NCBI GenBank assembly: GCA_026413685.1
Contig: JAOAKK010000003.1
Span: 1 to 40,394, forward strand
Direction: 5' to 3'
DNA: 40,394 nt
Origin: Candidatus Micrarchaeota archaeon
GTDB taxonomy: Archaea > Micrarchaeota > Micrarchaeia > CAILAH01
Below are positions 16,760 to 25,650 of this stretch, in pieces; position 1 is the first letter of the stretch; each line of letters begins with the position of its first letter. The notes beneath the pieces are model-generated. The model saw only the letters and a program-made list of their open reading frames with translations, ran no database searches and was not told the origin of the DNA. The translations under genes and the position numbers were made by a program.

Positions 16760-18517
16760 ATGCCAGCGCCACGGCGTATAGCAGTGATAGACAGGGGCAA
16801 GTGCATACGTGAGAAGTGCGGATACCTGTGCAGGGGCATATGCCCGCCGGTCCGCATGGGGAAGGATGCCATAATTATTGATGAGAAAGGATTCCCCGTT
16901 ATTGATGAGGTGCTTTGTACAGGATGCGGCCTGTGCCCAAAGAAATGCCCCGTATCTGCAATCAAGGTAATCAACCTTGCAGGCGAAGCTGGCGACCCGA
17001 TTTTCCAGTATGGTGTGAACTCATTCCGCCTTTACAACTTTGCACTGCCAAAACCGTCTGCTGTTGTTGCACTTGTCGGCAGGAACGGGATTGGGAAGAC
17101 CACGCTCCTTGAGATAATGTCAGGCAAGCTGCTCCCAAACTTCATGGATTTCTCACGCAAGCTGGGCATTGATGAGGTCATTGCAAGGATAGCGCACAAG
17201 GAGCTTAAGAACTATTTTGAGCAGCTCAAGCCAGGCGGCTACCGTATCAGCTACAAGGTGCAAAATGTTGAGATGCTTGCGCGTGTAGCACCAGACAGCA
17301 CAGTTGAGAGTGTGCTCGCTGAATTTGACAATGGCGGCAAGCGCAGCTCCATCATAAGCAGGCTGAATATGGGAGGGTTTGTGCAGTCAAAGCTTTCGTC
17401 CCTGAGCGGCGGCGAGCTCCAGAAGGTTGCAATTGCAGCTGCAATGCTCAAAGATGCATCTCTCTATTTCTTTGATGAGCCTTCAATATACCTTGACATA
17501 TACGAGAGGATGCGTGTTGCGCGCGAGATAGCTGCGCTTTCGCAAACCAAACCAGTTGTTGTGGTTGAGCACGACCTTGCGCTTCTTGATTACCTGGCGG
17601 ACTACGTGTACATACTTTACGGCGAGCCTGGTGTTTATGGGGTTGTGAGTGGTGTTAAGAACGCACGGATGGGCATAAACGAGTTTATGGAAGGGTACCT
17701 GCGCGAGGAGAACATTAAGTTCAGGGAACGTGAGCTGCGCATTGAGCTGTTCTCTAGCTCGGAAGTATCCAAGAAAGTGCTTTTTTCATATGGCGAGATG
17801 GAGAAGTCGCTCGGCAGGTTCAGGCTTCACGTTGCACCAGGTGATGTGCGCTGTGGTGAAGTGGTTGGGATTGTGGGCCCAAACGCTATCGGCAAGTCCA
17901 CCTTCATAAAGCTGATTGCAGGTGTAGAGCAGCCAGACAGCGGTGATGCGCCGGCGGGGCTTAAAGTGTCTTACAAGCCGCAGTACATCGACCTTGGGTT
18001 TGAAGGCACAGTCCAGGAATTTGTAATTTTGAAAAAGATTGACCAGTCTTACATAAAAGAGTTTGAGCTTGAGCATCTTCTCTTTAAGCGTGTGCCAAAC
18101 CTCTCAGGCGGTGAGATGCAGCGGCTCGCAATCGCAAGCGCGCTTTCAGCAGATGCGGACATATACCTGTTTGATGAGCCATCAGCGTTCCTTGATATTG
18201 AGCAGAGGATGCGCCTCTCATCAATCATTAAGCGTGACATAGCCGGCAAGGAGAAGGTGGCGTTTGTGGTTGACCACGACCTTGTGTTCATAGATTCAAT
18301 ATCAAGCCGCATAATGCAGTTCTCAGGCCAGTCATCAGTGCACGGGAATGCATCGCAGCCATCAGACAAGGTTGAGGCTATGAACTCATTCCTCAAAGCG
18401 CTTGGTATTACACTCAGGCGCGACAAGGAGACACTGCGCCCAAAGATAAACAAGGAAGGCTCGGTGCTTGACCGTGAGCAGCGTGAGGCAGGCAACTATT
18501 ACTATCACGTGAAGTGA
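16760..18517 (+). CDS. rli: ribosome recycling ATPase ABCE1/RLI
   Basis: Two Fe-S sites (C..KCGYLC..CP; CTGCGLCPKKCP) and two ABC cassettes (GRNGIGKT/LSGGELQ, GPNAIGKS/LSGGEMQ); terminal GNYYY. Start ATG 16760. Confidence 0.96.
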   Translation: MPAPRRIAVIDRGKCIREKCGYLCRGICPPVRMGKDAIIIDEKGFPVIDEVLCTGCGLCPKKCPVSAIKVINLAGEAGDPIFQYGVNSFRLYNFALPKPSAVVALVGRNGIGKTTLLEIMSGKLLPNFMDFSRKLGIDEVIARIAHKELKNYFEQLKPGGYRISYKVQNVEMLARVAPDSTVESVLAEFDNGGKRSSIISRLNMGGFVQSKLSSLSGGELQKVAIAAAMLKDASLYFFDEPSIYLDIYERMRVAREIAALSQTKPVVVVEHDLALLDYLADYVYILYGEPGVYGVVSGVKNARMGINEFMEGYLREENIKFRERELRIELFSSSEVSKKVLFSYGEMEKSLGRFRLHVAPGDVRCGEVVGIVGPNAIGKSTFIKLIAGVEQPDSGDAPAGLKVSYKPQYIDLGFEGTVQEFVILKKIDQSYIKEFELEHLLFKRVPNLSGGEMQRLAIASALSADADIYLFDEPSAFLDIEQRMRLSSIIKRDIAGKEKVAFVVDHDLVFIDSISSRIMQFSGQSSVHGNASQPSDKVEAMNSFLKALGITLRRDKETLRPKINKEGSVLDREQREAGNYYYHVK

Positions 18518-18542
18518 GCAAAAGAAAAATGGAAATAAAGAG

Positions 18543-18647
18543 TTAATTTACACCCGCACCAGCATTTTCTGGGATCTGGTAAAACACGATATTCCCGGAG
18601 TTGCCGGCACCACCGCTTATCACAATCTGTGAGCGTGAAGGCGGCAT
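18543..18647 (-). CDS. possible 34-aa small protein or gene remnant (MPPSRSQIVISGGAGNSGNIVFYQIPENAGAGVN)
   Basis: ATG..TAA ORF filling the gap downstream of the hydrolase gene, immediately followed by a T-rich terminator-like tract; no RBS seen. Confidence 0.3.
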   Translation of the reverse strand: MPPSRSQIVISGGAGNSGNIVFYQIPENAGAGVN

Positions 18648-18697
18648 AGTTTTGGCAGTTGCGCTAACTTTCTTTTCACTGTAAAGGTGATGGTTAA

Positions 18698-19162
18698 TTA
18701 CAGGAGCGAATCAAGGATGAGGTGCGAAGCATACCCTGCAAAAAATGAGAACGCGGCAAACACTGCATTATGCACATTAACCAATGTAAGCAGGGCGTAT
18801 GCAAGCAGGGAAGATAACACAGCAATCCCCCAAGAATGTATTATGCCCCTGTGCTTAGGTATAAAGAATTCACTCAGTGCAACAAGCCCTATACCACCAA
18901 AAACCCCACATAGAATTGCAACAGCAAGCCCAACCCCTAACCATAGCATAATTATGAATATGAGTATTGCACCAGCACATATGCCAACTTTCCTGTATAC
19001 TTTCCTTGCAGTGCCCTGGGGATGGTCTATATCAGGCACTAACGATCCACCAATCGCTATGATGCCACAAATAACCTTCTCCTGAACGCTCGCTGGGAGC
19101 ATCGCGGCCAGCAGTATTCCAACCACCGCCCCACCAACCACGTGCGCAAGTGCATTTGGCAT
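18698..19162 (-). CDS. membrane-bound metal-dependent hydrolase (YdjM-like)
   Basis: N-terminal His, PDIDHP, HRGIIHS, GYASHLILD, several TM helices, GGAGG RBS. Confidence 0.88.
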   Translation of the reverse strand: MPNALAHVVGGAVVGILLAAMLPASVQEKVICGIIAIGGSLVPDIDHPQGTARKVYRKVGICAGAILIFIIMLWLGVGLAVAILCGVFGGIGLVALSEFFIPKHRGIIHSWGIAVLSSLLAYALLTLVNVHNAVFAAFSFFAGYASHLILDSLL

Positions 19163-19237
19163 AACCTCCTTTCCCTCTCCAATATTATATATTTATTTTA
19201 TACAGGCTGGAAGCAACCTGCGGGCACGCGCATAGCC

Positions 19238-19348
19238 CTATATCAGCACCGCTGTCACTCCCTTCTTCCTCTCGAATACCACATCCCCTTTCTCACTTAG
19301 CATCCTTATGAGGTCTTTCATTCTCAACCCTTCCACTCCCATTCGCAT
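19238..19348 (-). CDS. small hypothetical protein (36 aa)
   Basis: MRMGVEGLRMKDLIRMLSEKGDVVFERKKGVTAVLI; GGTGG RBS just before ATG 19348 and AATATATA box at about 19378-19385. Confidence 0.5.
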   Translation of the reverse strand: MRMGVEGLRMKDLIRMLSEKGDVVFERKKGVTAVLI

Positions 19349-19443
19349 ATTACCACCAGAGAATGTTTTGGTATGGGTATATATTGCGCTTTTGGGAGTG
19401 GCTTTCCGCTTGCCAGTGTGAAGCAAACCAAGCCGCTCATTCG

Positions 19444-21597
19444 CTAGCCAAGTGTTGCATAGAAATAATACGTGTCAGGGATATTCCCATTCTGAGAGAA
19501 GGGGACAATCAGCTCAAAATTAGCCGGCTCGCCATTGAATGCTATACCGCTTTCATTTATTTCTGTGCAGAACAGCATATTCTCTTTTGTGGGTGATTTC
19601 TTTGTTTTGAGCGAGCACGTCCTAAACCCTTTAGCGGTCCCGGTATCTGCGTAATCTGCACCAGTTACATTAGCAGTCCCCAATGACAAGTTGCACCCAA
19701 ATCCCCTAAATGTGTTCTTCCCGTTATCTGCAACATTCCCGAACCCCCACGCAAGGTCAACATCCCTTCCGGTAGCCCCTGTAACGTTTATGTTTAGCAT
19801 GGATGAGTTCGTTGATACACAAACAGAGCCTCCCTGTGCAGGTGTCCAATCCCACTTGTATAAGTAGTTCAGCAAATCCCCTATCTTGCTTGTAAGATAT
19901 ATGCTGCCAATAATGTTGCCGTAGAACGCTGCCCACCTTTGTGTAAGTGTGGCCCCAATAATATTGAAATCGCTTACATTCCCACCCTCAATATTAGCGC
20001 GTGCTGTGCTACCAATCCCCTTCCATCTTTCAAGGTCAACCCTGTCAGTCACGTTTGCCTTATATATTGAAGCCAGCGTGTAATTTGAATCAGTGCCGTT
20101 TCCAAGAATACCATACATGCTCGCAGGCACAAGCCCTGACACTGTAAGCTTGTTTTCAGCAATGTTCAAAAGTGCATTTACGTGCACCCAGCCATTGCCA
20201 TCATTTTTTGCAAGCTGGAATGATTCTTCATCATACCCGGCCACTTCACCTGATGCCCAAAGCCATTCTATCTTGCTTATTGTGCCATTCCCCGTGATGT
20301 TTACAAACTTTCCCCTAAATGAAGACCTCCCAGGAGGAAGGGGGTACGTGTTTTTTACCCATCTAATCGAGAAGTTTTCACCTTTGCTTAATGTATCAGC
20401 AATGTTTAGTGTTGTTGCATTTATAGCCGTGCCAAGCGGGCCGCCAATGGTGAGGTTTGTTGTGCTGATTGAGGCGGATAAGTCTAAAGATCTTGTGTAA
20501 AGGCCAATTGAGCTGTTGTAGATTATTGAGTTAGTCAGTTTGGTGCCATAAGAGTCAAGCAAGTACACCCCATAATCCTTATTGTTATAGGTTTTGAGCC
20601 TGTGAATAACAACATCATTGGCAGTATCAACAAGAAGGCCTGTTCTTGAATTGTATGCGGTGTTATTGTCCATAACCGCCCTATTTGATAATATGCTGAT
20701 TGCAAATCCCTGCTCTAAGATTCCACTTGCGATATTGTGCTTGAAAGTACAGTTCTCGCTTCTCTCGACGACAAATCCCGTAGTGCTGTTAATGGCTTTA
20801 TTTTTTATGAGTGTTGTGTTGCCAGAATAAATCACGTGAAAGCTCGTCTCGGCCGTATTCTTCAGCACGTTATTGTAAAAGTAGTTATGGTATGACCCCT
20901 CCCCATGGATTCCGTACAGCTGGTTTTCCAGGGTATTGCCTGTAAAATTATTGCGTGATGAGTGAGTGATCAATATACCGTAATCTATGCTGTTATATAT
21001 GCGGTTGTTTTTGACGGCATTGTTTCCTGTAAAATCCATAAAAATGCCTATATTAGAGCCACGCACTATGTTATCCTCAATCGTGTTATGCGACGATAGC
21101 GAATATATCAAGATTCCGCTATTTTGGTTTGAGAGTGCGGTGTTGTTTATGATTGTGATATTTCGCCCACCAGCTATTGTGAACCCACCATCGTTATCAT
21201 TTACAACTATCTGCCTGGCTGTCGAGTTTCTCATCTCGTTGAAAAACACGCCATGCGTGTAGCCGCTAATGCTTGCACAATTTTTTACAGTTACATTTTT
21301 TATGGCAGGCTCAACTACAAGGATCCCATACGTTATGAAAGGGACCCCACTATTGTATATCTTGTGGCCATTACAGTCAAAAACAACATCGCTCGAGGCA
21401 ATTTTTACACATGCATATCCAGAGACGATTATGCCAGGGTTTGGCGCACCAACGTAATCCTCAGGCATAACATACGTCCCTGGCGCTGTGATGGGTGCAG
21501 GGCAGGCCGCAGCATTAATACTGTTGAATGCAAAAACCAGTACACCCACAAACACAAAGAATATGCCTATTCGCAACCTACCACTCCTTCCCAGCAC
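19444..21597 (-). CDS. secreted right-handed beta-helix (NosD/CASH repeat) surface protein
   Basis: Signal peptide, DVVFDCNGH cap, many GI-x-N repeats, Asn-rich with N-x-S/T sequons, distinct C-terminal domain with RWAAFYGN. Confidence 0.85.
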   Translation of the reverse strand: MLGRSGRLRIGIFFVFVGVLVFAFNSINAAACPAPITAPGTYVMPEDYVGAPNPGIIVSGYACVKIASSDVVFDCNGHKIYNSGVPFITYGILVVEPAIKNVTVKNCASISGYTHGVFFNEMRNSTARQIVVNDNDGGFTIAGGRNITIINNTALSNQNSGILIYSLSSHNTIEDNIVRGSNIGIFMDFTGNNAVKNNRIYNSIDYGILITHSSRNNFTGNTLENQLYGIHGEGSYHNYFYNNVLKNTAETSFHVIYSGNTTLIKNKAINSTTGFVVERSENCTFKHNIASGILEQGFAISILSNRAVMDNNTAYNSRTGLLVDTANDVVIHRLKTYNNKDYGVYLLDSYGTKLTNSIIYNSSIGLYTRSLDLSASISTTNLTIGGPLGTAINATTLNIADTLSKGENFSIRWVKNTYPLPPGRSSFRGKFVNITGNGTISKIEWLWASGEVAGYDEESFQLAKNDGNGWVHVNALLNIAENKLTVSGLVPASMYGILGNGTDSNYTLASIYKANVTDRVDLERWKGIGSTARANIEGGNVSDFNIIGATLTQRWAAFYGNIIGSIYLTSKIGDLLNYLYKWDWTPAQGGSVCVSTNSSMLNINVTGATGRDVDLAWGFGNVADNGKNTFRGFGCNLSLGTANVTGADYADTGTAKGFRTCSLKTKKSPTKENMLFCTEINESGIAFNGEPANFELIVPFSQNGNIPDTYYFYATLG

Positions 21598-21673
21598 TAT
21601 GCGTGCTTCACTTCAATATCAATACAAACGTTTTTATATGTTGCATTCCATTGCATTGTGCCGGACGCTTTGC

Positions 21674-24529
21674 TCAGGAAATAGTGCACGCAGACCAGCC
21701 GCAATCCTTGCAAGACATGCACCCAGACTCTTTTGCAACGTTTGTGCTGTCGCACGAAGGGCAGATGAGAACGCTCTGTGAGATCTTGTGATTATGCACA
21801 ATATTCCCAGCAGATTCTACAAGAAGCTTGGCGTAGGCATGCTCTTTCCCGATCACCACCGCTTCGTTCCCGCTTATGATTGGGTTTATAACCCCAATTT
21901 CACCATTTCCGATAACGGGGTTTACTAGGGGCTCAACCGCAGTTGTAACCGCACCCTCGGCACCAACGGCAATGCTCAGCTGCACAATCTCGCTTTCAAC
22001 AACACTCTTGAGTGGTGCATTTAATGAGGGCTCAGCACTGCGCACTCCCGGCCCAGCAAACTTTATGTAATCTGCAATGTAGGGCCTCTCTATAATAAGT
22101 GTCCTTATAACGCCAAGCGTATAATCACTGACTTTTGCCTCAACACGCTGCCCTTTCTTCTCGTTGTTAAGGTTTAGCACTTGCCTGCTCTTTGACTCAT
22201 CCCTGTATATAGTTACCCCCTTGCACCCAAGCTCATGCGATATGAGGTATGCCTGCTCCACATCCTCCACCGTAATATTAGATGGCATATTAATCGTCTT
22301 GCTAATGCTATCTGTAATCCACATCTGCATTACAGCCTGCGCCATTATGTGGTCTGCCCAATGTATATCCATAGCAGTCACAAACACATCTTTTATATCC
22401 TGCGGCATGACCGAATCAGGCAGGTTTTGTATGCTGCCGTAATTCTCAACAATGCTCTTGACCAGCTCGTTTGAATAAAGCCCCCTTTTCTTTATCTCCT
22501 CCTCAAATATCTCGTTTGTGTAATAGAAAGAGCCAACAGAGACCCTCTTCTCAAATGCAAGTGAAAACACCGGCTCAATGCCAGTGCTTGCATCTGCAAT
22601 CATCCCGATTGAGCCTGTTGGCGGTGCGGTTGTGACCATAGCATTCCTCAGGCCGTTTCTTTTTATTTTTTCAACAAGCATGTCCCAGTCGCATGTCCAT
22701 TCATCCCTGTGGTAGAACCCTTCCACGGGAAGCTCACCTTTTGGATAGTCAGTCTCATTGTATATTGGGAACGTGCCCCTCTCAACAGCAATCTCGCTTG
22801 ATGCGTCAAGTGTGTAATATGTAAGGTGCTCAGCAAGCTTCTTCATGAAATTGAACCCTTCTTTGCTGTTGTATTTTATCTTGAGCTTGAACAGTGCATC
22901 CGCAACACCCATCAGCCCAACACCTATCCTTCGCGATTTCTTTGTGGTCCTGTCTATTTCTTCGATGGGATATTTGTTGATGCTTATCACATTGTCAAGC
23001 AGCCTTGCAACAAACCTGGTCGTCTCATGGTATGCATCCCAATCAAATATGTATTCGCCGGACTCATTCTTGACTACATAATTGCCAACGTTGATGCTGG
23101 CCAGGTTGCAGGACTCGTAGGGGTAGAGCGGCTCCTCACCGCATGGGTTCGTGACACGCACATCCCCACGCAGCCTTTTCATGATGTTTCTCTTGTTTAT
23201 GTTGTCAAAGAACAGGACACCAGGATCTGCAGACGCCCATGCATTGTACGCAATAAGGTTGAAAAGCTTCCTTGGGTCGGTTTTCCTGACTATAGCGTTG
23301 GTTTTTGGGTGCCTGAGCGGGTAATCCTCCCCCCTCTCAAGGTAAGGCCAAAAGTCGCCTGTAATCCCAACCGAGATGTTGAAATTCTCCAATACGCCCT
23401 CTTTCCCTTTTGCGGTTATGAATTTTTCAATGTCAGGGTGCCAGATCTCAAGAATTCCCATGTTTGCAGCCCTTCTCACCCCACCCTGCTTAATCACTTC
23501 AGATACTGCATCAATCATTTTCATGAATGATATCGGGCCGCTCGCCACTCCAGTTGTGGATGCAACAATGTCTCCCTCCGGCCGCAGCTTTGAGAAGTTC
23601 ATTCCCGTCCCGCCACCGCTCTTGTGTATCATTGCACAATCGTGGGCCAGCTTCATTATCGATTCCATGTCATCCTCAACATCAAGCGTGAAACATGCAG
23701 AGAGCATCCCAAGCTTTCTCCCGGAATTTACGAGTGTTGGGGTATTGGGCATGAAATCCTTGCTTGTCATAAGGTCAAACGCGCGCTGTGCAACCGCAGC
23801 GGCACGCGTGAATTCGCCACTCTCGAGCATTTTCAATATCTCCGCAAAGCTAACTTTCATCCTGCCTTCCTGCGCAAGCTCCCTGTAGAGTGCAATCATC
23901 CTGCTGAAGTTCCACTTGTTAATCTTGTACCCATTAAGGCTATACCTGTTATCATAATCATCAAGCCTTTGTGCATACCCTGCAAGCTCAATGTCGGCAT
24001 CCTCTTTCCTAATAATAAACTTCGGCTCCTTTGAGTATACGCGCGTGTCATAAAATATCTCAGGAAGCGACATTGCAAGTGCAACGCGCTGGAACATCTG
24101 CTTGGGTGTTTCAGCTGGCATCTCCTTATCATCCTTTATCAGGTACCGTGCAGCTAGGAGCCGCAATGCGTTCACGCTGAATCTCTTGTCAACCTCATCC
24201 AATTCGGTCTTGTTTAGTATTTTCTTCTTTTCTTCCCTGAGCTTTGTTTTCTCGTTCCTGTATATGATGTACGATTTTGCAACCTTGAACAGGTTGGCTT
24301 TCATCAGTGCAACTTCTATTATGTCCTGGACTTCCTCAACAGTAGGTGTCCTCTCCTTGAAAACTGCCTCTATGCTCTTGAGGACGTCTGCCACAACCTT
24401 CTCAAGGACATCGGGCTTGTATGAGTTTTCGGCAATCATTGCCTTCTTAATGGAATTCTTAAGCCTGTTTATCTCAAAAGGGACTTTTCTTCCATCACGC
24501 TTGATGATTTCTTTAAGTGAACTGCTCAT
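21674..24529 (-). CDS. nrdJ: adenosylcobalamin-dependent (class II) ribonucleotide reductase with ATP-cone
   Basis: ATP cone IIKRDGRKVPF, PNTPTLVN, LSACF, GGGTG, TNPCGEEPL, ESCNL, APPTGS, SISKTIN, C-terminal CPSC..GCMSCKDCGWSAC. Start ATG 24529 with GGTGGGG RBS. Confidence 0.95.
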   Translation of the reverse strand: MSSSLKEIIKRDGRKVPFEINRLKNSIKKAMIAENSYKPDVLEKVVADVLKSIEAVFKERTPTVEEVQDIIEVALMKANLFKVAKSYIIYRNEKTKLREEKKKILNKTELDEVDKRFSVNALRLLAARYLIKDDKEMPAETPKQMFQRVALAMSLPEIFYDTRVYSKEPKFIIRKEDADIELAGYAQRLDDYDNRYSLNGYKINKWNFSRMIALYRELAQEGRMKVSFAEILKMLESGEFTRAAAVAQRAFDLMTSKDFMPNTPTLVNSGRKLGMLSACFTLDVEDDMESIMKLAHDCAMIHKSGGGTGMNFSKLRPEGDIVASTTGVASGPISFMKMIDAVSEVIKQGGVRRAANMGILEIWHPDIEKFITAKGKEGVLENFNISVGITGDFWPYLERGEDYPLRHPKTNAIVRKTDPRKLFNLIAYNAWASADPGVLFFDNINKRNIMKRLRGDVRVTNPCGEEPLYPYESCNLASINVGNYVVKNESGEYIFDWDAYHETTRFVARLLDNVISINKYPIEEIDRTTKKSRRIGVGLMGVADALFKLKIKYNSKEGFNFMKKLAEHLTYYTLDASSEIAVERGTFPIYNETDYPKGELPVEGFYHRDEWTCDWDMLVEKIKRNGLRNAMVTTAPPTGSIGMIADASTGIEPVFSLAFEKRVSVGSFYYTNEIFEEEIKKRGLYSNELVKSIVENYGSIQNLPDSVMPQDIKDVFVTAMDIHWADHIMAQAVMQMWITDSISKTINMPSNITVEDVEQAYLISHELGCKGVTIYRDESKSRQVLNLNNEKKGQRVEAKVSDYTLGVIRTLIIERPYIADYIKFAGPGVRSAEPSLNAPLKSVVESEIVQLSIAVGAEGAVTTAVEPLVNPVIGNGEIGVINPIISGNEAVVIGKEHAYAKLLVESAGNIVHNHKISQSVLICPSCDSTNVAKESGCMSCKDCGWSACTIS

Positions 24530-24921
24530 AAAAACCCCACCCACGCAGCAAAACACATAGCATTAGCTTTTGCTTACCCCCACGCACCAATACATTGCGG
24601 CATTTCTTATTTAAGCTTAAAATTCAGGCGGGGATTTTACACCCATATATAACTTTAACTTCTCAGGCGGTAACAGGATTTCTTTGCTGTTTTATTGCCA
24701 ATAAACAAAGTAGTTAATCTATTTAAGCAAAAAAGTGATTATAAACTCGCAATTCGCTTTTATAAGCTTCTTATAGTTAAAAATATCAAAAAAAGCGCTA
24801 TTAGGGGTTTTAACTTTGTTTTAACTCTAAGCACTCTTTTTTATGAAAATGTTTTTAAACAAGAAATCTCCATATACTCACAGCTGCAGTATGCGAAAAA
24901 TGGGATGTATGGGTGGAGCTG

Positions 24922-25572
24922 ATGATGAAGGAAGGCTTAATCGAGCCCTATATCTGCCTTAATAGGCACTTCCAGTCTGCATCGGATCGCTCCAGGCGTA
25001 CTTTGCGGCTCAGGAGCAAGATTAAATATATGATAGCCAGCAAGCCACTTCCGGATCCAGCCTGGCTTGCCAAGCAAGAGCCGAGCGTGCAGCTTGGGTA
25101 TGCAATTGTTCATGCAGTAAGGCGCGGGGACAGCGGGGCCGTGAAAATGCTTCTCGAGAATGGTGCAAACCCCAACTCGGTTGATGAGGAAGGCACACCG
25201 CTTATAGTGATAGCTTCTATGTGCAACAGGATTAATGTTGTATCACATCTGCTTCGTGCAAACGCATGCATTGACGTGCGCACAAGCATTGGCGATACGG
25301 CACTAATGTGGTCTGCATGGCTGGGGGAGGCTAAGCTTGCAAAGATGCTCATAGCCGCGGGTGCAGATGTCAACGCACGCAACTTCTCAGGCTCAACAGC
25401 ACTTATGCTTGCGTGTGCAAGTGGCAGCCTTCGCATAGCAAAGATGCTCGTTAATAAAGGTGCAGGCATACTTATTGAGGACCATTGGCGCCATACCGCA
25501 ATTGATATTGCGCAAATGTGTGGCAACAGCGATATTGCAAACTACTTATTGAGGAAGCATTTTTGCCTCTAA
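24922..25572 (+). CDS. ankyrin repeat protein (about 4-5 repeats)
   Basis: LLENGANPN, GTPLIVIA, GDTALMWSA..LIAAGADVNA, GSTALMLAC, HTAIDIA; GGTGG RBS before ATG 24922/24925. Confidence 0.88.
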   Translation: MMKEGLIEPYICLNRHFQSASDRSRRTLRLRSKIKYMIASKPLPDPAWLAKQEPSVQLGYAIVHAVRRGDSGAVKMLLENGANPNSVDEEGTPLIVIASMCNRINVVSHLLRANACIDVRTSIGDTALMWSAWLGEAKLAKMLIAAGADVNARNFSGSTALMLACASGSLRIAKMLVNKGAGILIEDHWRHTAIDIAQMCGNSDIANYLLRKHFCL

Positions 25573-25650
25573 TCCACTTGGCCAAGCGCACCCAGCACAG
25601 CCGGATATCCTGGCTGCACATTTTTAACATTAAGCGCATACACGTTACTT

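Noticed and set aside
21674-24529. Inteins in nrdJ (also checked lhr, rfcL and the Lon-like gene)
   Set aside because: Catalytic motifs are contiguous, lengths are normal, and there are no intein termini or LAGLIDADG motifs.
24530-24921. Replication origin
   Set aside because: AT-rich, but I see no ORB-like TCCA..GAAAC repeats with G-strings and no adjacent cdc6/orc1; kept only as a regulatory-region finding.
24695-24922. 75-aa TTG ORF in the AT-rich gap
   Set aside because: K/I/F/N-biased translation typical of non-coding AT-rich DNA; no RBS; likely promoter region.
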